Assembly (NCBI GenBank): GCA_963663965.2
Contig: CAXXFK010000001.1
Span: forward strand, 32,001 to 96,000
Direction: 5' to 3'
DNA length: 64,000 nt
Source: Sedimentisphaerales bacterium
GTDB taxonomy: Bacteria > Planctomycetota > Phycisphaerae > Sedimentisphaerales > SM23-30
The notes beneath the pieces are model-generated. The model was not told where the DNA came from. It did not search any database and was given only the letters and a program-made list of their open reading frames with translations. Both the position numbers and the translations under genes were made by a program. This document shows, in pieces, positions 29,195 through 39,101 of this stretch. Positions within the stretch are counted from its first letter, which is position 1. Every line of letters begins with the position of its first letter.

Positions 29195-29956
29195 ATGACA
29201 CTGCTTTTAGAACAGATTGGCTTGGCATCGCAATGGGGGGCAGTAACCGATGCAGGCCGGGTAAGGTCCGATAATCAGGATGCCTGCTGTGCCAATGATG
29301 AAATTGGCCTGTTTGTCGTATCTGACGGAATGGGAGGCCATCGGGGCGGCGCCATGGCCGCCAATATGGTCGTCGATGATTTGCCCATATTTATCGAAGC
29401 GGGACTCTACCGGCTCAAATCACATAGTCCAAGATCTATACGGCGGATGATCCGCCAATCGATTCGCAAACAAAACCGCCAGGTTATGCTCGAAGGAATG
29501 CTTGGCGATGGACATGAAGACATGGGCGCTACGGTTGCCCTGCTGCTGATCCATCAAGAGCGTATCTATGCCTGCAATCTGGGTGACAGCCGCATCTACC
29601 GGTATCGCAACGGCCGCTTAACTCAAATCAGCCAGGATCACTCTTACATACGCGAAATGACCGAACAAGGCGTCCACCCCGATGAACTCAAGGGCTGCGA
29701 AGGCCTGATCACCCAGCACATCGGCATGATGGACAAGGCTCGACCCCATCTCCGTTCGTTTCTGCCCAAACCCGGCGATAAATACCTTCTCTGTTCCGAT
29801 GGCCTGACCGACATGGTCAGCGCCAACGAAATCCGGCAAATGCTCGGCCGACAACTCCCTCCCCCGCTGATCTGTGAACAGCTCGTCGATCTGGCCAACC
29901 AATATGGCGGACCTGACAATATTACCTCGCTGCTGATCGAATACCCCCTGCTATAA
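29195..29956 (+). CDS. PP2C-family Ser/Thr phosphatase
   Basis: GRVR..NQD, SDGMGG, GDSR, LLCSDGL, GG.DNIT. Confidence 0.93.
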   Translation: MTLLLEQIGLASQWGAVTDAGRVRSDNQDACCANDEIGLFVVSDGMGGHRGGAMAANMVVDDLPIFIEAGLYRLKSHSPRSIRRMIRQSIRKQNRQVMLEGMLGDGHEDMGATVALLLIHQERIYACNLGDSRIYRYRNGRLTQISQDHSYIREMTEQGVHPDELKGCEGLITQHIGMMDKARPHLRSFLPKPGDKYLLCSDGLTDMVSANEIRQMLGRQLPPPLICEQLVDLANQYGGPDNITSLLIEYPLL

Positions 29957-30043
29957 GTCCATCTCCCCTCCCATGCAAGACTTCTTGGCCGAAAGTTTTA
30001 TTTTCCATTTTCCCAACCTCCCTTCGCGAGTATAATACCCATC

Positions 30044-31777
30044 ATGAAAAATGACCAGTTAACAGCAATATTCGAGGAAATGGGAGACTTGATGGAGATT
30101 TTAGGGGAAGATGGTTTCAGGGTGAATTCCTATCGTAAAGTAGCCCGGATTATACACGATCTGGAAGACGATATCGAAGCCCTGTGGACTGGAGGCCAGT
30201 TAACGACTATCCCCGGAATTGGCAAATCAACCCAGGCGAAAATCGAAGAATTTCTGGAATCCGGCCAGATCGCGGCTCACCTGGAGCTTCTGGACCAGGT
30301 TCCTGAAGGACTGCCCGAACTGCTCTCGATACCAGGCATGGGCCCAAAATCAGTCGCAACCGTCTGGAAAGAACTGGATGTCAAAAATGTGGAAGAACTG
30401 GGCAAAGCGATCGCCAATGGCAGTCTTCAGGCTTTGAAAGGTTTTGGCGCCAAAAAAGCCGAAGCCATTGCGCGCGGGATCAAGTTCCGGGAAGAATCAG
30501 GCGGCAAAAACCTGCTGGCAGAAGGCATTGCTGTCAGCGACTGGATCATCAAGATGCTAAAGCCTGGAAAAAGGCAGATTCAGGTGGCCGGATCAATTCG
30601 ACGCGGCAAAGAAACCATCGGCGATATCGATATTCTGGCCGAAGGCAAACCGAACGATAAACTGATCAAAACATTTACCGAACTACCCGGGGTTCAGGCC
30701 ATTCTGGCCGGCGGCGAAACCAAGGCGTCCATATTATTTTTCGACCCGGCGTTGTGCCGCCAGACCATACAGATTGACCTGCGGGTTGTGGAATCCCATC
30801 AATACGGCGCTGCGCTCAATTATTTTACCGGCAGCAAGGAACACAACGTCCGGCTCCGGGAACTGGCCCGCAAATCAGACTTGAAGCTGAACGAATACGG
30901 CCTGTTCGACTCCAATGATAATGCGATCGCCGGTGAAAATGAACCCGAAATCTATCAAGCCCTGGGCCTGCCCTATATCGAGCCCACCCTGCGTGAGGAC
31001 CGCGGCGAGATCGAAGCCGGCCTGCAAGGCAACTTACCCCCAATCGTTCGCCTCGAAGATATCAAAGGCGACTTGCACATGCATTCACCGGCATCTGACG
31101 GCCGCAGCTCATTGAAAAACATGGTCAACGCGGCCATGAAGCGAGGCTATCAGTATATCGCCATAACCGACCATTCCCGCAGTTCCGCCATTGCCAATGG
31201 CCTGGATATCGATCGACTCCTGAAAAATATCGAAGCCGTGCACGAAGCCAATGGCTGGCATGACAACTTCACCGTCCTGGCTTCCTCCGAAGTGGACATC
31301 CTGGCCAATGGCTCACTCGACTACCCGGATGACATCCTGAGTCAGTTGGATTTTGTCATGGCCTCCGTCCATTCCGGACTGGGTAAGGATGAGAAAAAAA
31401 ATACCCTGCGTATCATGAAAGCCATGGAAAATCCCTATGTGAATTGTATCGGACACCTCACCGGCCGCATGCTCACCCTGCGCGAAGGCATGACCGTCGA
31501 TATCAAAGCCATCTTAAAACAGGCCCGCGACACCCAGACCGCCCTGGAAGTCAGCAGCCAGCCCCTGCGCCTGGATCTATGCGACCGGCACATCCGTATG
31601 GCCGTCGATATGGGCGTCAAGCTGATCATCAATACCGACGCCCACGATACCGAAGGCCTCGATTTAATCCATTTCGGCATTGCCACTGCCCAGCGCGGCT
31701 GGGCCGCCGCCAATGATATCTTAAACACTCGAAGCATTAAAGACTTCCTTGAATGGTGTAGCAAGAAACGACAGTGA
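30044..31777 (+). CDS. polX: DNA polymerase X with C-terminal PHP domain
   Basis: HhH motifs, AGS.RR, GDIDIL, YFTGSK.HN, GDLHMHS..SDG, TDH, TDAH. Confidence 0.95.
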   Translation: MKNDQLTAIFEEMGDLMEILGEDGFRVNSYRKVARIIHDLEDDIEALWTGGQLTTIPGIGKSTQAKIEEFLESGQIAAHLELLDQVPEGLPELLSIPGMGPKSVATVWKELDVKNVEELGKAIANGSLQALKGFGAKKAEAIARGIKFREESGGKNLLAEGIAVSDWIIKMLKPGKRQIQVAGSIRRGKETIGDIDILAEGKPNDKLIKTFTELPGVQAILAGGETKASILFFDPALCRQTIQIDLRVVESHQYGAALNYFTGSKEHNVRLRELARKSDLKLNEYGLFDSNDNAIAGENEPEIYQALGLPYIEPTLREDRGEIEAGLQGNLPPIVRLEDIKGDLHMHSPASDGRSSLKNMVNAAMKRGYQYIAITDHSRSSAIANGLDIDRLLKNIEAVHEANGWHDNFTVLASSEVDILANGSLDYPDDILSQLDFVMASVHSGLGKDEKKNTLRIMKAMENPYVNCIGHLTGRMLTLREGMTVDIKAILKQARDTQTALEVSSQPLRLDLCDRHIRMAVDMGVKLIINTDAHDTEGLDLIHFGIATAQRGWAAANDILNTRSIKDFLEWCSKKRQ

Positions 31778-31850
31778 CGACCAGCAAGTTAAATGAAAAT
31801 AGTTTAGATTATTAAATCAACAAATTCCCAGCCAGAAGAACCAACACCCA

Positions 31851-32708
31851 ATGACACATCAGCAATTAACCAGCGACCAGTTACAGCAATTAGCCAAAAT
31901 CAGACATTTAGCCCTCGATATGGACGGCACAATATACAGCGGCAAAACCCTGTTTGATTTCACCCTGACGGCGCTGGAAACCTTCCGGCAACTGGGAATC
32001 GGTTATACCTTCCTGACCAACAATTCTTCCCGGAGTGTCACCGACTATCTCGCCAAAATAAGGGCCTACGGCATCGACGCCGCCCCGGATAACATCTACA
32101 CCTCCTCACTGGCCACCATCGAATACATCAAGGATAATTTCAGTTCCGCGCATCGAATTTTTATTCTGGGCACCCAAAGCCTCAAAAACGAATTCACCAA
32201 AGCCGGTTTTGAGGTCGTGACAGAATTTGACACCCCCGAACCCGATATCGTGGTCGTAGGATTCGATACCGAATTAACCTACCTGCGACTCTGCAAGGCT
32301 GCCTGGTGGATCGATCAGGGCAAACCCTACATCGCCACCCATCCCGACCGTATCTGCCCCACCGATCAGGAACTCGTCCTGGTAGATTGCGGCGCGGTTT
32401 GCCAATGTATCGAATCCGCCACCTCCCGCCGGCCGGACATCGTCCTGGGAAAACCCGAACCAGTCATGGTACACGGCATTCTTCGCCGGCACAACCTCCA
32501 ACCCTCCCAACTCGCCATCGTAGGCGACCGGCTCTATACCGATATGGCTATGGCCCTGAACACCGGTGCCCTTGGGATACTCGTCCTCACCGGCGAAACC
32601 AGACCCGAAGACCTCAACGAGAACAATGACCAGATATTAGTCTTCCCCGATATCCTCTGTTTTGCCAGTGAGATTGTTAAAGTCCGAAACAATACTTCCG
32701 GCATTTAA
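31851..32708 (+). CDS. HAD-IIA family hydrolase (NagD-like)
   Basis: LDMDGTIY, LTNNSS, GKP, VGDRLYTD, LVLTGE. Confidence 0.93.
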   Translation: MTHQQLTSDQLQQLAKIRHLALDMDGTIYSGKTLFDFTLTALETFRQLGIGYTFLTNNSSRSVTDYLAKIRAYGIDAAPDNIYTSSLATIEYIKDNFSSAHRIFILGTQSLKNEFTKAGFEVVTEFDTPEPDIVVVGFDTELTYLRLCKAAWWIDQGKPYIATHPDRICPTDQELVLVDCGAVCQCIESATSRRPDIVLGKPEPVMVHGILRRHNLQPSQLAIVGDRLYTDMAMALNTGALGILVLTGETRPEDLNENNDQILVFPDILCFASEIVKVRNNTSGI

Positions 32709-32754
32709 AAACAGTATCCCTCCATAAAAATTCAAAATACTCGTTTACCCGTAT

Positions 32755-32784
32755 GCAGAGACGCGATGCTTCGCGTCTTTTTTT
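32755..32784 (+). repeat. GTAG-type REP-like palindrome, probably also a terminator
   Basis: GCAGAGACGCGA-TGCT-TCGCGTCT followed by a T run; near-identical copy at 35199. Confidence 0.65.
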
Positions 32785-32951
32785 CATGCAAACCGGTAAA
32801 CACATCTGAATCCAACAGATGCATATCCTGAAACCATAAGCTTTTATAGTTCTTCACTGGATTTCATCATATGCCACGTTTAATAAATATAAACGTATTC
32901 GCAAAAATAAACTTAAATTAAATTACATAATTCAAACCCAAACAATTACTT

Positions 32952-33605
32952 ATGAAAAAGAACATTCTCAACTTCTGGGTCGATCTATTCAGTATGCTGG
33001 TCATGTTCGGACTGATCTGGACCGGTTTTCTGATCGAATTTGTCTTACCGCCACGCCAGCGATCAATATTATGGGGTTGGGATAGACACCAATGGGGTGA
33101 ACTCCATTTCTACCTGGCTATCGCCCTGATTGGATTAATGTTCATCCATATCTGGCTGCACTGGAACTGGTTCTGCATGATGATGGCAAAAATCGTTGCC
33201 CGGAAAAATCCCCAAGCCAAACGCTATTTGATCACAGGCCTGCTATGCGCCATTGCCTTAACCAGTTTAACCGCAGGATCACTGGTTTATCTAAAATCTC
33301 AAGTGCATATCGAGCGCGAAACCGGACGAAGGGCCGGCCACTTAAACACTTCAGCACCTCTACCCACTGATCTTATTCGGGGCAATGACAACCTAACTGA
33401 TTATCCAGAAAATAGTAACATCTTTATCAATGGCAGAACAACCATCCGCCAGGCATCGCTGGCAACTGGAAAATCGATAAATCAGATCACCTCCCTTCTG
33501 GGCCTTCCAGATAATACCAATCCAGATCTGGGACTGGGCCAGGCCATCGCTGCCAACCCAAACCTGACCATGCGGGATATCCGCGAAATTTTATTAACAC
33601 CTTGA
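32952..33605 (+). CDS. DUF4405-domain membrane protein
   Basis: N..VD...TG, W..LH, H..LHW.W motifs. Confidence 0.75.
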   Translation: MKKNILNFWVDLFSMLVMFGLIWTGFLIEFVLPPRQRSILWGWDRHQWGELHFYLAIALIGLMFIHIWLHWNWFCMMMAKIVARKNPQAKRYLITGLLCAIALTSLTAGSLVYLKSQVHIERETGRRAGHLNTSAPLPTDLIRGNDNLTDYPENSNIFINGRTTIRQASLATGKSINQITSLLGLPDNTNPDLGLGQAIAANPNLTMRDIREILLTP

Positions 33606-33728
33606 ACCCGGCCTGATAAATGAAGTATAATCATAATAGAGGACAAACGTTGTCTTTAAAATGTTTAATTAATGTAACTTTATATTTATCCGATAGTTAT
33701 TTAAGTACCCATTCGTAAGGAGATCCTG

Positions 33729-35174
33729 ATGAAAGGTTATCTTAAATGTTGTATTTCCATAGCCGTTATCGCAACCATCGTGTTGCCGGCCTGGTCTCAG
33801 CAATATGTTTCAAGTCGCGGGCACCTTCTGGATGCCAATATGCGCGTGGGAGGCTCCAGCCAGAACCGGCGCAATATCATGTCTTTCAACTACAAACCCG
33901 ATAGTAATCTCTTCATTACGGGCAATGTCACGGGCGGCGCTCGCTTTCAGGGCACAGTACCCTATCGCAGCCAGCAGGAATTCCAGGGCAACCTGGGATT
34001 CAGACCTCTTGATAATTTCCGGCGTGATTCGGTGGGATTGGAAAGTCTTTCCAACAGCTTCATGAACAGTCCCATGCCCTTTGTCGATACCAACCGCTCT
34101 ATCACCACCCGCAACGGCAATGCCATCGTGAATACCGGCACGGTCAATCTGACTCGTCCGGAAAGCAGCGGCCGGTTCGCCAACTTGCGCGGCTATAACA
34201 CTGACCGCCGATTCCAGTTCAATACCTACAATACTCAACTGAATACCAATATGCTCAGTGTCAACGCGCTGGAACCCGATGTCGATTTTAATCCAACCCA
34301 ACCGGGTAAAACGGTCAACTTACGCGGCCCGGTCTATAACCGGGATATTGCCTATACCGTCAATTCAGACCAGATCCCCAATCGTTTGAATACCTACATT
34401 TCACTCCAACCGGATTCCGATGAATCCTCCATGATGTACGGCGATCTTTATCAATCGAAGCAAAACTCTCAGGAGTCATCGGTACCTTCCGTCCTGTTAC
34501 CCGGTGAAATGAAAGTCACCCTCCCGGGACGGATTGGTGAAGATGCCACCCTGCCGGTTACCCAGATCACCAGACAACCCCAGGTTCAACTGGCCTACCG
34601 CAGCACTCATCTGGATAACAATCTCAGCACTGGCAAAACGGCCAACAACCTTCAGCCTGAAATCAGCAATATTCCGCGTATCACAATGAAGCTCGATTAC
34701 CAGAAGGCCGCCGAAACGAAAGCGTTGAACTACGTGGACCAGGCCAACACCTTTTACCAGAACGCGGCCTACGAAGATGCCGCCGCCAAATTAAAACTGG
34801 CCGCTATTTACGCCCCGCAGGATCCCGGTATCATTCTGGCTTATTCACACGCCCTGTTAGCTCACGGCGATCTGCTCACCGGCGGATTCGAACTGGATCG
34901 TTCCTTGCGAATAATGGACAAAAACGTGGCCCGGGCACAATTCACGGCCAAAACCTTCCGCCTGACCGGCGCCGAATTACTGACCGAACGCCTCTCCGCC
35001 CTTAACGAAAAACTTTCAACCGAATTTGAACCCATCTATGGCCTGACCAAAGCCTATCTGCTTTATCTCACCAATCGCCCCAGTGAAGCCATAACCCTGC
35101 TGCAAAGCCCGGATATGCAAAAGGCCAACCTGAAAAGCGCCAAAATCCTGTTGCAGGTCTTACAAAACCAATAA
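33729..35174 (+). CDS. secreted hypothetical protein with C-terminal TPR-like helices
   Basis: AAGGAG RBS, signal peptide, LDAN..VG...N motif, helical repeat C-terminus. Confidence 0.7.
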   Translation: MKGYLKCCISIAVIATIVLPAWSQQYVSSRGHLLDANMRVGGSSQNRRNIMSFNYKPDSNLFITGNVTGGARFQGTVPYRSQQEFQGNLGFRPLDNFRRDSVGLESLSNSFMNSPMPFVDTNRSITTRNGNAIVNTGTVNLTRPESSGRFANLRGYNTDRRFQFNTYNTQLNTNMLSVNALEPDVDFNPTQPGKTVNLRGPVYNRDIAYTVNSDQIPNRLNTYISLQPDSDESSMMYGDLYQSKQNSQESSVPSVLLPGEMKVTLPGRIGEDATLPVTQITRQPQVQLAYRSTHLDNNLSTGKTANNLQPEISNIPRITMKLDYQKAAETKALNYVDQANTFYQNAAYEDAAAKLKLAAIYAPQDPGIILAYSHALLAHGDLLTGGFELDRSLRIMDKNVARAQFTAKTFRLTGAELLTERLSALNEKLSTEFEPIYGLTKAYLLYLTNRPSEAITLLQSPDMQKANLKSAKILLQVLQNQ

Positions 35175-35198
35175 GTGAAAATGCCTGCCTGGTTATAA

Positions 35199-35227
35199 GT
35201 AGAGACGCGACGCTTCGCGTCTTTTTT
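35199..35227 (+). repeat. GTAG-type REP-like palindrome / terminator
   Basis: GTAGAGACGCGA-CGCT-TCGCGTCT followed by a T run. Confidence 0.65.
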
Positions 35228-35337
35228 CCGCCTGGCTATCATTGACATTGAAATCTAGCCTCCGGTGGTTATCCCTACTACAATTCGCCTTCTCGCCCTT
35301 TCCCCCCTTTGTGACTTCTTGCCTTTGTGTGAACTCT

Positions 35338-35943
35338 TTACTCGGTAGCCACCTGTTTTGCCCCATAATCCTCCGGGTTAAATTGCATAACAAAATCCCG
35401 TAACGCCAGTATCTTGGGATGCTCAAAATCATGCCCGAAAGTCGGCAATTCATCCCAGGCCTGTTTATTGGGCGTCTGCTCACAGGCAATCCGGTAAAGC
35501 GCGACCATCACTCCCGTTCGGATGACTCCCTGCGCGCAATGCACCAGCACCGGCTGATTGTCTTTGTCCTTGACAATATCCAGCCATTCCTGCACCTGCT
35601 CCGTCGTTGGCAGCTCTTTCCCTTTGATCGGAATATTGACAAATCGTATTCCATTCGCCTGGCAGAATTGCGATTCCATCTCATACCAGTCAGGCATCCA
35701 GTCCCCTTCATCCGGCAGCCGCATGGACACCACCGTCTTGATATGATACTGCTTCATAATCTTTTCAAAATTATACGGCCGCAGACTGCCGCTGCGATAC
35801 AACACATCTTTCGTAACCGTCTTAAAATGATAAGGCCCCAGCTTATGGTGCAAAATCGGCGCCGCAATCGCAACCGCAACTATCGCGACAATCAGCCAGG
35901 GCAAAAACTTATTTTTCTTCTTGGGCATGTCAGCTTGAGTCAT
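35338..35943 (-). CDS. membrane-anchored dual-specificity/tyrosine phosphatase (CX5R)
   Basis: N-terminal TM helix; LYRSG; PVLVHCAQGVIRTG. Confidence 0.88.
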   Translation of the reverse strand: MTQADMPKKKNKFLPWLIVAIVAVAIAAPILHHKLGPYHFKTVTKDVLYRSGSLRPYNFEKIMKQYHIKTVVSMRLPDEGDWMPDWYEMESQFCQANGIRFVNIPIKGKELPTTEQVQEWLDIVKDKDNQPVLVHCAQGVIRTGVMVALYRIACEQTPNKQAWDELPTFGHDFEHPKILALRDFVMQFNPEDYGAKQVATE

Positions 35944-35981
35944 TTTCACCTTTCAGTTTATCTACTTCGCGTTCTTATTTG

Positions 35982-36385
35982 TACTACTATCCATCATCTC
36001 TTTGTTTTCTTAGCAAGTTTTTTTCTGATATTTTATAAGTATATTAAATTGAATTCATTATACAACAAAATCGTTACCTTGAACTTTTTTATCCTGTCGA
36101 TCCTGTGATCCTGTCTAAACGGCTGTTTTTTCTTTGCGGCTTTGTGTGAGCTATTTTTTCTTTGGTTGCGGCTTGACCGCGCTGTACTACAATCATTCAA
36201 TTCTTTGTTTTTTTTAGCGTTTTTTTTGTGTCAGAGAATATATGCTCTTTTAAATCAAAAACTTATATGACTTAGCGCCTTCCTTCAATGATTGACTTTC
36301 CCAGTCGTTGCCCACCCTTTGCGCCTTAGCGTCTTTGCGTTAAACCGGCTGTTTTTCTGTGGCTTGGTGGCTTTGCGTGAAACTT
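35982..36385. repeat. degenerate tandem duplication (period about 200 bp) with short simple repeats
   Basis: tactactatc...ctttgttttcttagc (35982) versus tactacaatc...ctttgttttttttagc (36185); aaac(c)ggctgttttt twice; atcctgt three times; ctttgcg units. Confidence 0.55.
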
Positions 36386-36417
36386 ATCTATATTATAGCA
36401 TCTTAAGTTAAAAAACA

Positions 36418-36447
36418 TTGACATGTAAAGCCAAAAACCGCTTTAAT
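36418..36447 (+). promoter_or_regulatory. sigma70 promoter, probably giving a leaderless transcript
   Basis: TTGACA-N18-TTTAAT, 7 nt before ATG 36455. Confidence 0.55.
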
Positions 36448-36454
36448 AACAGAT

Positions 36455-36826
36455 ATGAAACCAACACCCCCCACCCAACTTAAAAACCCTGATTCATGTA
36501 ACCCGCCCGCCGGCAACGAGTTACCTGGCGACACCTGCGGCTCCTGTCCCCAGGCCCACGAATGCCGGACCGTCTGGTCCCAGCCCAACCAGGGCCCCTT
36601 CAACAGCGCCGGCCTGGTCCTCAGCAGCATCACCGCCTTCCTCCTGCCCATCCTCACCGCCGCCCTCGGCGGCGCCATCGCCCAGAACCTCGCCCACACC
36701 AGACCCTGGATGTTCACCGGCACAATCCTCGGCCTCGCCACCGGCATCCTCATCGCCTGGCTACTCGTACCCCAAATCCTGAAAAAATGCGGTAAAGCTG
36801 ACAATCAAGATCAAACGCATCTCTGA
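36455..36826 (+). CDS. RseC/MucC-like small membrane protein
   Basis: CGSC....C cluster then FLLP and two TM helices. Confidence 0.6.
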   Translation: MKPTPPTQLKNPDSCNPPAGNELPGDTCGSCPQAHECRTVWSQPNQGPFNSAGLVLSSITAFLLPILTAALGGAIAQNLAHTRPWMFTGTILGLATGILIAWLLVPQILKKCGKADNQDQTHL

Positions 36827-36831
36827 TCCTT

Positions 36832-38001
36832 TCACCATTGCTTGTGAGGTAGAGAAACAATAAAAGTAGAACCCTCTCCTAATTTCGATTCCACTTCGAT
36901 AGAACCGCCATGCCGTTCGACGATCAACCGGGTGAGCGTCAATCCTAATCCACTGCCGGGCATTTTATCGTCAGATTCGATGCGATAAAAGATATCGAAT
37001 ATTTTACTTATGTGAGGTTCGGAAATGCCCAGGCCATTATCCTGCACGAAGTAGCTGTTCCAATGATCCTGCTGACTACCATAAATATGGATCGCTGGCG
37101 GACGCTCTGGATGACTATATTTGATCGCATTCCCAATAAGATTACTGAACACCTGTTGTAGCCAGTTTGCATCCCCGTTGACATCGGGCAAGGGATCTAC
37201 TCGAATCTGGGCTTTGCATTGATTTATTTGATGTCGCATGTTATCCAGAACTTCCTGAATCAGAATGTTCATCGCCAGCCAATGATGGCTAAAATCGATA
37301 TGTCCCAGCTTGATTAAATAGCCGACATTTTTTAGTATAAGTTCCATTTTTAAAATGCTTTTATTAATAATCAAACTATAAGCGCCTACATGTTGATCGA
37401 TCGAATCGCAGATCACCTGGAATCCGTCCAGACGATGTTCTCGGTAACCGTTTACGATTTTTTGACTTTCAGCAATCAACAATGACATATATCCCGATAT
37501 GTTAATCAATGGCGTACACAAATCGTGGGCCACGATCTGCAATAAATTTTCCATTTCTTGGTTCTTGCTTTCTAACTTCTGGATCAATTCGCAATGATAG
37601 CGCTCCGCCTGTTTCCATGCGGAAATATCACGGGATACCAATAAGATCAGATTGTGCACGGTTAACGAAAGAGCATTCCAGGCCAACCAATGGTAGGTGC
37701 CGTTTTTATTGCGATATCTATTTTCAAATAATTGTACCATTTCTCCCTGTTTCAAGAGATTGCCAACCGTGATCGTCGCTTCCTGGTCGTCCGGATGAAC
37801 AAGGTCGAACCAGGATCGTCCACGCAGTTCCCGTTCGGTCCAACCCAGGGTTTTTGTCCAGGCCGGATTTACCGATTCAAAAGACCCATCATAACGAACG
37901 GCGCCTATCATATCTTTCGATAAGTTATAGTTTGAATTTTCTTGCTCCAATTTCGTACTCATTCGGATGCTCCTGCATTCTGTTGGCATTTCGCTAAACA
38001 T
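36832..38001 (-). CDS. PAS-domain sensor histidine kinase
   Basis: PAS (VNPAW..TLGW, VHPDD), H-box AHDL.TPL, NLIGNAIKY, DNG.GI, G.GLGL. Confidence 0.92.
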   Translation of the reverse strand: MFSEMPTECRSIRMSTKLEQENSNYNLSKDMIGAVRYDGSFESVNPAWTKTLGWTERELRGRSWFDLVHPDDQEATITVGNLLKQGEMVQLFENRYRNKNGTYHWLAWNALSLTVHNLILLVSRDISAWKQAERYHCELIQKLESKNQEMENLLQIVAHDLCTPLINISGYMSLLIAESQKIVNGYREHRLDGFQVICDSIDQHVGAYSLIINKSILKMELILKNVGYLIKLGHIDFSHHWLAMNILIQEVLDNMRHQINQCKAQIRVDPLPDVNGDANWLQQVFSNLIGNAIKYSHPERPPAIHIYGSQQDHWNSYFVQDNGLGISEPHISKIFDIFYRIESDDKMPGSGLGLTLTRLIVERHGGSIEVESKLGEGSTFIVSLPHKQW

Positions 38002-38360
38002 TCAAGCGTCTCTAAAACGGAAGGGATTGATGCACGTGAATCAATATGAAGTCGCTCCGCTAAACGATCTGCTTCTAACGCTCTTTGAATTACCATCTGA
38101 TGATATCAGGGATTGTTTTTTTGTAAATCGGAGTAATGTCTGATTTTCCAGTAGGGCAAATCCCGCCCAATGACTATCAGGCAAATCACCTACATTTTTC
38201 AAGACGGACTTGTGCCTGAACTCTTGAATTAAGATACCGGGACATCGGACAACCTGCAAAATACCGGCACAAATGACGCTAACGGCAATAGATCGATGGG
38301 AAACGATATCCCATTGCGTTCCGGCTTGCCAAATCCACAACTCAACATCTGCTGCGGATC

Positions 38361-38780
38361 CTATCGCGCAAAGTATTGCCTGATATGGGCCGCGATCTGG
38401 GGAACAGTCATTTTATCCGAAGTCTCGATGGCGGCAATTCGTCCGGCGAGCCCTTCCTCTTCGAGAATTGTTTTGAGTTCACTTTTGGCTTCTCCGGGAC
38501 CCATGATCAGGATCGATTCCGCCTCGCGGATGCACGCCATCACTTCACGATAGTAGCCTTTCAGGCGTTGGCTATGATCTCGCTGTCTGCGGTCATCGGC
38601 AGGAACAGCCTGAGATTCAAATGGCCCGCTCGGGCGAGATCCGGCGGCGCGCCGTCTCTGTGTTTCGACATCGGAAAAGATTTGTTCGATGATATCATCC
38701 TTGCCTTCCAGAAATACAATAACGGATTTTCGATGATCGATCCATAATCCCACATGATCAGTCATGTTTTTTATCTTCAT
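38361..38780 (-). CDS. eRF1/baeRF-like small protein
   Basis: GLWIDHRK.VIV, ILI.GPGEAK.EL, DKMT..QI.A. Confidence 0.65.
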   Translation of the reverse strand: MKIKNMTDHVGLWIDHRKSVIVFLEGKDDIIEQIFSDVETQRRRAAGSRPSGPFESQAVPADDRRQRDHSQRLKGYYREVMACIREAESILIMGPGEAKSELKTILEEEGLAGRIAAIETSDKMTVPQIAAHIRQYFAR

Positions 38781-39012
38781 GATTTTTACCCATCCATTCT
38801 TCGCGCATTAGCGGATTTTTGTTTAACAGTTTTGTTGTTACCGCTCCCAGAACAAAACCGATCAGCAGCGTGATGATAATCAGCAACGCCTTGGGCATCG
38901 AAAACGTTAGCAGCAGCAGTTTTGTTTCAACGACCTGGGTGTTTTGCATAATCGCAACAAAAACCAGCAGTATCAGAACAACGATGATAACGGCTTTAAT
39001 TGGTTTCATCAC
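38758..39012 (-). CDS. LapA (DUF1049) family small membrane protein
   Basis: TM-QNT..V...LL-TM architecture. Confidence 0.75.
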   Translation of the reverse strand: MMKPIKAVIIVVLILLVFVAIMQNTQVVETKLLLLTFSMPKALLIIITLLIGFVLGAVTTKLLNKNPLMREEWMGKNHEDKKHD

Positions 39013-39101
39013 CTGCCACGCTTTCTTGTGAAACCATTGAATGACGCCCCCCGGTTAGTTTTCTGCCAAACACGATCGATCCGCTATCGACAACGTTGAA
39101 C

